Source of the DNA: Promethearchaeota archaeon
GTDB taxonomy: Archaea; Asgardarchaeota; Lokiarchaeia; Sigyniarchaeales; SOKP01
Direction: 5' to 3'
DNA: 64,000 nt
Assembly: GCA_030599585.1 (NCBI GenBank)
Contig: JAUVNS010000009.1
Location: forward strand, 32,001 to 96,000
Part shown: in pieces, positions 58,110-64,000 of the stretch
How the letters are laid out: every line of letters begins with the position of its first letter
How positions within the stretch are numbered: the first letter of the stretch is position 1
The notes under the pieces: generated by a model
The model's database searches: none
Told to the model about the DNA's origin: nothing
Seen by the model: only the letters and a program-made list of their open reading frames with translations
Made by a program: the position numbers and the translations under genes

Positions 58110-58938
58110 AAACATGGTTAAAACAGTAAAAATAACGAAAATTATCGACGAGTGCCATGGAGTCAAAACTATCACATTTAAAAAACAGGATTTGATAAAA
58201 CCTAAACCAGGGCAGTTCCTAATGATTTGGTTACCGGGTGTTGATGAGATTCCAATGTCAATATCGTCTTATTCTGATAATGATGAGTGGTCGATAACCG
58301 TTCAAAATGTTGGAGAATGTACTAATTCGATTCACCAACTTAAAATAGGCGATTATATTGGAGTTAGAGGTCCAATCGGTAATTTTTTTACCATTCCTCT
58401 AGAAAAGAATAAGAATCTTTTTTTGATTGGGGGTGGGATCGGGGTAGCTCCACTTAAATTTCTCGCTTCAGAACTAAAAAGACTGAAGCATAATTTTAAG
58501 TTAATTATTGGTGCAAAGTTAAAAAATCAACTCGTGTTCAAGAACGACATGAATTATCACGATCAAGAAGAGTTTGAAGTTCATTTCTGCACTGACGATG
58601 GGAGTTATGGAGAAAAAGGATTTACTACAGAAATCTTTAAAAGTCTTATTAAAAGTATGAGCAGAGAGGAGTTGGAAAATAGCGTAGTTTTTACCTGTGG
58701 TCCTGAAATTATGATGTATAAGTTGCTACACATATGCCTTGAGAATAAAATTGAACTTCAAGCAAGTCTTGAAAGAATTATGAGGTGTGGTTGCGGATTG
58801 TGTGGTTTATGCGTTATCGATCCCCTTGGTTTATTAGTTTGTAATGATGGACCCATTTTTACATCAACCGTTTTAGAGAAAATGGAAGATTTTGGCAAAT
58901 ATAAGAGAGATTTTTCTGGGAAAAAAATCTCAATTTAG
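58102..58938 (+). CDS. pyrK: dihydroorotate dehydrogenase electron transfer subunit
   Basis: PGQF.M, RGP.GN, GGGIG.AP, TDDGS, CGP and M.CG.G.CG.C...C.DGP. Confidence 0.95.
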   Translation: MTKNMVKTVKITKIIDECHGVKTITFKKQDLIKPKPGQFLMIWLPGVDEIPMSISSYSDNDEWSITVQNVGECTNSIHQLKIGDYIGVRGPIGNFFTIPLEKNKNLFLIGGGIGVAPLKFLASELKRLKHNFKLIIGAKLKNQLVFKNDMNYHDQEEFEVHFCTDDGSYGEKGFTTEIFKSLIKSMSREELENSVVFTCGPEIMMYKLLHICLENKIELQASLERIMRCGCGLCGLCVIDPLGLLVCNDGPIFTSTVLEKMEDFGKYKRDFSGKKISI

Positions 58939-59046
58939 AAAATTTTTGATTTAAACCAACGAAATCTAACATTAGAAGAAAATATTGTTATTTGATCCAA
59001 AAAATACGAAATTTTTTTTCATTTACTACATAATATTCTATATAGA

Positions 59047-60675
59047 ATGAATGAGCTCACAAATTCTGAAATAGAACATAAAATCTCCAGAGAAATTATA
59101 GGGTATTTACTGAAAAATCCAGATACTCCTCGTCATAAAATTACTAACCTTAAAGGAAAATTTGGAAAGAAATATAAGTATCATAAAGTGATAAAGAACG
59201 CCCAAATCCTGCATTACGCTACTGAAGAGGAATTACGAGTTATTACACAACTCTTAAAGAGGAGAATAACAAGAACTATTTCAGGCGTGTCTGTCATTGC
59301 AATAATGACAAAACCTCTTCCTTGCCCGGGAAAATGTGTTTATTGTCCAGGGCAAGATTCCCAACCTAATCAAAAAGTAGCCCAATCTTATACGGGTCAT
59401 GAACCAGCAGCAATGAGATCTATAAATAACAATTATGATGCGTATAAGCAAGTACAAAGTAGAATTGGAGATTTAGAAGCGATTGGCCATGCTGTAGATA
59501 AGATAGATATCGTCTGTATGGGAGGTACGTTCTTATCTTCTCCTATTGATTATCAAGAAGAATTTATTAAAGGAGCATACGAAGGAGTAATTGGAAGTAG
59601 AGTTATTTCGTTAGAAGCGGCCAAAAAACTAGCGGAGAATTCAAAAAGAAGACTGATTGGGTTGACAATTGAAACTCGGCCTGACTATTGTACAGAGCCT
59701 TATGTAGACATGATGCTGAATTATGGAGCAACAAGAGTAGAAATTGGAATACAAACCGTGTTGGATGATGTGTACAAAAAAGTGAATAGAGGGCATACAA
59801 CCCAAGACAGTATTGATGCTATAAGGATTGCAAAAGACGCTGGCTTAAAAATAAATGCTCATATGATGCCTAATCTACCCGGCTCTAACTACACTAAGGA
59901 TTTAGAAATGTTTGATGTTCTTTTTTCTTCACCCGATTACCGCCCAGATATGTTGAAAATTTACCCTTGCGTGGTAATTAAAGGAACTATACTATATGAT
60001 TGGTGGAAAGAAGGCGAATTTACACCATATTCATTAGATGAATTGATTGAATTAATATCAAATGTAAAACAAAAAGTCCCTTCTTATGTGAGAATACAGA
60101 GAATTATGAGAGATATACCTGCGTTTCTAATTGAAGCAGGATGTAAAAAAAGTAATTTAAGACAATTAATTCACAAAAGATTAGAAGAACTTAATTCTAA
60201 ATGTAATTGCATAAGATGTCGAGAATATGGAATTGCTAAAAAATCTAAAATTTTTGATGAAAATATATTTGAAGATATTAAATTATATCGGCACGATTAT
60301 GAGGCTTCTAATGGACAAGAAACATTTCTATCCTACGAAAATAAAAAAGAAGATTATCTCGTAGCATACTTGAGATTAAGAAAACCTTCAGAATACGCCC
60401 ATAGGTCCGAATTGAACGATGGAAAAACAATGATAGTAAGGGAAGTTAAAGTCGTAGGCGAATTAGTTCCTAAAGATAAAAAACCACTCAGAAATACACA
60501 ACTTCAACATCGCGGATTTGGTAAACTACTAATGGAAAATGCTGAAAAAATTGCTCTTGAAGATTTTGACTGTAAAAAATTAGCTGTGATAAGTGGTATA
60601 GGTGTGAGGACTTGGTTCTATGAGCTTGGTTATACTCTTGATGGATGCTATGTCTCAAAAACCTTAAATGATTAA
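59047..60675 (+). CDS. elp3: Elp3 tRNA uridine(34) acetyltransferase (radical SAM + GNAT)
   Basis: RT.SGV, CP..C.YCP, SYTG.EP, ETRPD, KIYP, RIQR..RDIP and QHRGFG. Confidence 0.97.
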   Translation: MNELTNSEIEHKISREIIGYLLKNPDTPRHKITNLKGKFGKKYKYHKVIKNAQILHYATEEELRVITQLLKRRITRTISGVSVIAIMTKPLPCPGKCVYCPGQDSQPNQKVAQSYTGHEPAAMRSINNNYDAYKQVQSRIGDLEAIGHAVDKIDIVCMGGTFLSSPIDYQEEFIKGAYEGVIGSRVISLEAAKKLAENSKRRLIGLTIETRPDYCTEPYVDMMLNYGATRVEIGIQTVLDDVYKKVNRGHTTQDSIDAIRIAKDAGLKINAHMMPNLPGSNYTKDLEMFDVLFSSPDYRPDMLKIYPCVVIKGTILYDWWKEGEFTPYSLDELIELISNVKQKVPSYVRIQRIMRDIPAFLIEAGCKKSNLRQLIHKRLEELNSKCNCIRCREYGIAKKSKIFDENIFEDIKLYRHDYEASNGQETFLSYENKKEDYLVAYLRLRKPSEYAHRSELNDGKTMIVREVKVVGELVPKDKKPLRNTQLQHRGFGKLLMENAEKIALEDFDCKKLAVISGIGVRTWFYELGYTLDGCYVSKTLND

Positions 60676-60779
60676 TTTTTTCTATTTGATTTATTTCAAT
60701 AAGCGTTAAAGATTTATACAAAAAAAATTAAATCTTATTAAATTTATCAAATTAGCATCTTAACTATTTGTGATCTATA

Positions 60780-63107
60780 TTGGTAAGAAAATCGTTAGAA
60801 GAACTTGTTCGAGAAATTCCTCATCTTTCCTTAATAGTGCCTTCATCTTATACTAAAACACTTAAGGAGACTGCTGGAAAACCTATGATTATTAGACAAG
60901 CATTGGGTTTGAAGCATACTTTAGAAAATCTACCTATTATTATTAGACCTGACGAGTTAATCGTTGGAACTTTTGATAAAGATATTCCCGTCGCAATACC
61001 TAGAATGGAAGGAAGTGGGTTTAGAATTTTGAAAGAACTAAACGGACTTTCGAGCAGAGTTCTAAATCCGATTAAAGTTAATGACGGTGATATAAAAAAA
61101 CTAAAAGAAACAATAGCTCCATTTTATGAAAACTTTAAAATTGATACTTATGCAAGAGAAATTGCAGATGAGAGCGTATTCGAAACTTCCTTTAGTGGAT
61201 GTGCATATGTTGCAACTGAAATAGGAGGAATTTCCCATGTTGTTGTTGATTATCCCCGTCTAATTTCGATGGGTTTAAAGGCATACATAGATTTATCTAT
61301 AGAAAAATTAGCTAATTACGCGCAGTTAGAGATAAAAGATAAAATAGTTAATGAACAAATAGCCTATTATGAGGCAATGATAATAATTTGCAAAGCACTG
61401 ATTAATTTTTCTCACAAATATTCAAACCATGCAAAAACACTTTCTGAAAGCGTGAATAATGAAGAAAGAAAGAAGGAATTAAAAAAAATAGCTGAAACAT
61501 GCAATAAAATCCCAGAAGACCCACCCAAGAATCTCCAAGAAGCGATTCAATTTATTTGGTTTATCCATATGGCTCTTCATTTAGAAAATTTCGAACACGG
61601 AATTTCTTTTGGACGAATGGATCAGTATCTATTGAAATTCTATGATGGAAATGAGGATTTTGCTGTTAAATTAATTAAAAATTTGCTGCTAAAAACCAAC
61701 GAAGTTATCGCATTATATGACAGCGTTGCCACGCAATATTTTGGAGGAATGGCTACTACCCAAAATGTTCTAATTGGAGGTATTGATAAGAACGGTAAAG
61801 ATTCCACTAATGATCTTACCTATCTTTTTCTTGATGCCCTAGACCAAGCAGCTGTTCCAAGTCCAAACTTGGTAGTTAGATTAAATAAAGAAACTCCTAC
61901 TAATATAATTAAAAAAATAGCAGATATCTTAGCAAAAGGTAAAAATGTTATAGGTTTATACAACGATGAATTAATCGTACAAAGTTTAAGAAATTGCGGC
62001 ATACCATTGGAGGAAGCGCGAGATTACGGAATAGTTGGTTGCGTTGGATTATCTACATCGGGATCTTCTTACGACAACACTGGAGCCGTTTTTTTAAACT
62101 TGCCAAAAGCTTTAGAACTTGCTTTAGGAACAGATAAATCGATTGCTAGTAAATATATTGACAACAATCTCGATTTTAAAGCGTTCAAATCAATAGAGGA
62201 TATTATTGATGTTTTTGAAATCAAGCTTAAAGCGTTGATGAAAATGGCAGCTACAGCTGCTAATGCTTACCAGCAAGCACATAAAATATTAAAACCCACC
62301 CCGTTGATGTCACTTTGTATAAAAGGAAGTTTTGAGAAAGGAATTGATGTAAACGAAGGCTCAGCGAAATATAATTTTTCAGGCATTCATGTGACAGGCT
62401 TTTCAGACGTAGTGGATTCAATAGCTGCTATAAATTGGGCTGTTTTTATGGAGAAGAAAATAGAAATGGAAGATTTAATCAATGCTTTAAAGAATAATTT
62501 TAGAGGGTGTAAAGATATCCAGAGCTATCTTATTTATAAGTGCCCGAAATATGGAAGCGATGATGATAACGCAGATGTTTTCGCTAAGAAAGCTATTGAA
62601 ATACTTGCTCAATCTGTGAAGGGGTTAAAAAGTGCCCGAGGAGGCGATTATCGGGTGGGGATTCATGCAATGACCACTCATGTTGGATTTGGTATATTCA
62701 CGGGAGCTCTTCCATCTGGCAGAAAAAAGGGAAAACCGTTAAATAGGGATATTGCTCCTGGATTCACGGGCGAAAAAGGGATCACTGCCGCTATTAATAG
62801 CATAACCAAAATCAACCACGCCCTTCTTACAAATGGTGTGGCATGCACTCTTAATATTGATCCTAATATGGTATTATTAGACAATGGAAAGATTTTCGAA
62901 TCAATACTAAGAACTTATGTAAAATTAAATGGTTCTCATTTACAGTTTAACTCAATTTCTTTAGAAACACTTAACGAAGCTCAAGAGTATCCAGAAATCT
63001 ACAAAGATTTGATGGTAAGAGTATCAGGTTACAGTGCTAGGTATACCGAATTACCAAGAGCTGTCCAAGATGACATTAAAGCACGATATTGCTATTCTAA
63101 ATTCTAA
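60780..63107 (+). CDS. glycyl radical enzyme (PFL-like family, substrate unknown)
   Basis: I.PDELIVG, SFGRMDQYL, Cys loop GCVG and glycyl loop LMVRVSGYS. Confidence 0.92.
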   Translation: MVRKSLEELVREIPHLSLIVPSSYTKTLKETAGKPMIIRQALGLKHTLENLPIIIRPDELIVGTFDKDIPVAIPRMEGSGFRILKELNGLSSRVLNPIKVNDGDIKKLKETIAPFYENFKIDTYAREIADESVFETSFSGCAYVATEIGGISHVVVDYPRLISMGLKAYIDLSIEKLANYAQLEIKDKIVNEQIAYYEAMIIICKALINFSHKYSNHAKTLSESVNNEERKKELKKIAETCNKIPEDPPKNLQEAIQFIWFIHMALHLENFEHGISFGRMDQYLLKFYDGNEDFAVKLIKNLLLKTNEVIALYDSVATQYFGGMATTQNVLIGGIDKNGKDSTNDLTYLFLDALDQAAVPSPNLVVRLNKETPTNIIKKIADILAKGKNVIGLYNDELIVQSLRNCGIPLEEARDYGIVGCVGLSTSGSSYDNTGAVFLNLPKALELALGTDKSIASKYIDNNLDFKAFKSIEDIIDVFEIKLKALMKMAATAANAYQQAHKILKPTPLMSLCIKGSFEKGIDVNEGSAKYNFSGIHVTGFSDVVDSIAAINWAVFMEKKIEMEDLINALKNNFRGCKDIQSYLIYKCPKYGSDDDNADVFAKKAIEILAQSVKGLKSARGGDYRVGIHAMTTHVGFGIFTGALPSGRKKGKPLNRDIAPGFTGEKGITAAINSITKINHALLTNGVACTLNIDPNMVLLDNGKIFESILRTYVKLNGSHLQFNSISLETLNEAQEYPEIYKDLMVRVSGYSARYTELPRAVQDDIKARYCYSKF

Positions 63108-63292
63108 AATATTGCATCATTAAAGTCTTATTATAACAAATTAGCATTTTATCAATAGCAAAAAAATTATAAAAATAGACTTGATTTCTTATCTTAATGA
63201 ACTAAATTTTAGATTTTCCATACAATATATTAAAATTATAAAATGAATTAAACAGTTCATAGTAGAACGATATAAATCTCAAATGATCTAAT

Positions 63293-64000
63293 ATGTACGA
63301 TTTTGATTATGAAGAATTAGGAATGAAGTGCGGCTTGGAAATCCATCAACAACTGAACACTAAGAAAAAACTATTTTGTAGATGCCCAAGTAAACTTCTG
63401 GGTAAAAAAAGCCCTGACTTTACCATAAATCGATTAATGAGACCCGTTTTAGGTGAGATGGGAACTTTTGATAAAGCAATGCTTACTGAATATGAGAAGA
63501 ACATAAATATAGAATACGAGTGTTATAACGATGAGATTTGTACGTATGAATTAGACGAAACTCCTCCTTTTTCATGCAATAGTGAGGCGAGAAAAATCGC
63601 TTTAAAAATTGCACTGCTTTTAAATTCCAATATTATCGAAGAAATGCATGTATGCAGGAAGAATTATCTCGACGGGAGTGTTCCTTCTGGGTTTCAAAGA
63701 ACAATGATACTAGGAACAGACGGATTTATTACGTTAAAAACTGGAAAGAAAGTGAGAATAGAGATTTTAAGCTTAGAAGAAGATTCAGCAAGGAAAATAA
63801 AAACGGTTAACAAAACTAATTATTTCCGCTTAGATCGGTTAGGAATTCCTTTAGTTGAAATCACTACTAAGCCCGATATTAATAACCCTGAGGAATGTAG
63901 GGAGTGTGCTGAGCGTTTAGGATTATTATTATGGTCGACAAATGTGAAGAAAGTTCTCGGTTCAATTCGACAAGATATCAATGTTAGTATAAAAAAAGGG
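63293..64000 (+). CDS. gatE: Glu-tRNA(Gln) amidotransferase subunit E, 5' part; runs off the window end
   Basis: Not in the ORF track. Manual translation: MYDFDYEELGMKCGLEIHQQL...KLFC...DETPP...DGSVPSGFQRT...LEEDSARK...LDRLGIPLVEI...IRQDINVSI. Confidence 0.96.
   Translation, partial: MYDFDYEELGMKCGLEIHQQLNTKKKLFCRCPSKLLGKKSPDFTINRLMRPVLGEMGTFDKAMLTEYEKNINIEYECYNDEICTYELDETPPFSCNSEARKIALKIALLLNSNIIEEMHVCRKNYLDGSVPSGFQRTMILGTDGFITLKTGKKVRIEILSLEEDSARKIKTVNKTNYFRLDRLGIPLVEITTKPDINNPEECRECAERLGLLLWSTNVKKVLGSIRQDINVSIKKG

Noticed and set aside
1892-62884. Numerous 60-150 aa ORFs overlapping long genes (e.g. 1892-2125, 5322-5537, 17563-17862, 46274-46726, 47714-48037)
   Set aside because: Antisense or off-frame shadows of well-supported genes, with no recognisable motifs.

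Overview
AT-rich archaeal chromosomal segment, most consistent with an Asgard archaeon of the Lokiarchaeia type. This rests on an unsplit rpoB, PolD, a roadblock-Rab-like GTPase fusion and a longin-like protein. Most of the window is core informational machinery: PAN, aMBF1, TFE, rpoH-rpoB, cbf5, PolD DP2/DP1, cdc6, carS, archease, rtcB, pelota, elf1, SmAP3, RNase HII, fibrillarin, nop5, elp3 and gatE. It also holds mat, pyrD/pyrK, thiL and three tRNAs, two with BHB introns. Main discoveries: (1) elf1 is interrupted by a 30-nt, stop-containing insertion (37753-37782) that folds into a relaxed bulge-helix-bulge. Removing it at the canonical EndA cut sites restores the CPNC zinc knuckle in frame, making it a candidate mRNA intron in an Asgard protein-coding gene. 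(2) A tightly packed 8-gene operon (38229-47170) encodes an apparently ATPase-dead SMC/Rad50-like protein, a KITE-like tandem winged-helix protein and a separate AAA+ ATPase. (3) Candidate actin regulators: an unannotated 50-aa WH2-like microprotein and a coiled-coil/polyproline protein next to a BAR-like helical protein. (4) Tandem AN1-zinc-finger membrane proteins, one a rhomboid pseudoprotease and one a site-2 protease. (5) A glycyl radical enzyme with an atypical GCVG active-site loop. No CRISPR array, transposase or integrase was seen. All family calls come from motif recognition by eye; no database search was run.
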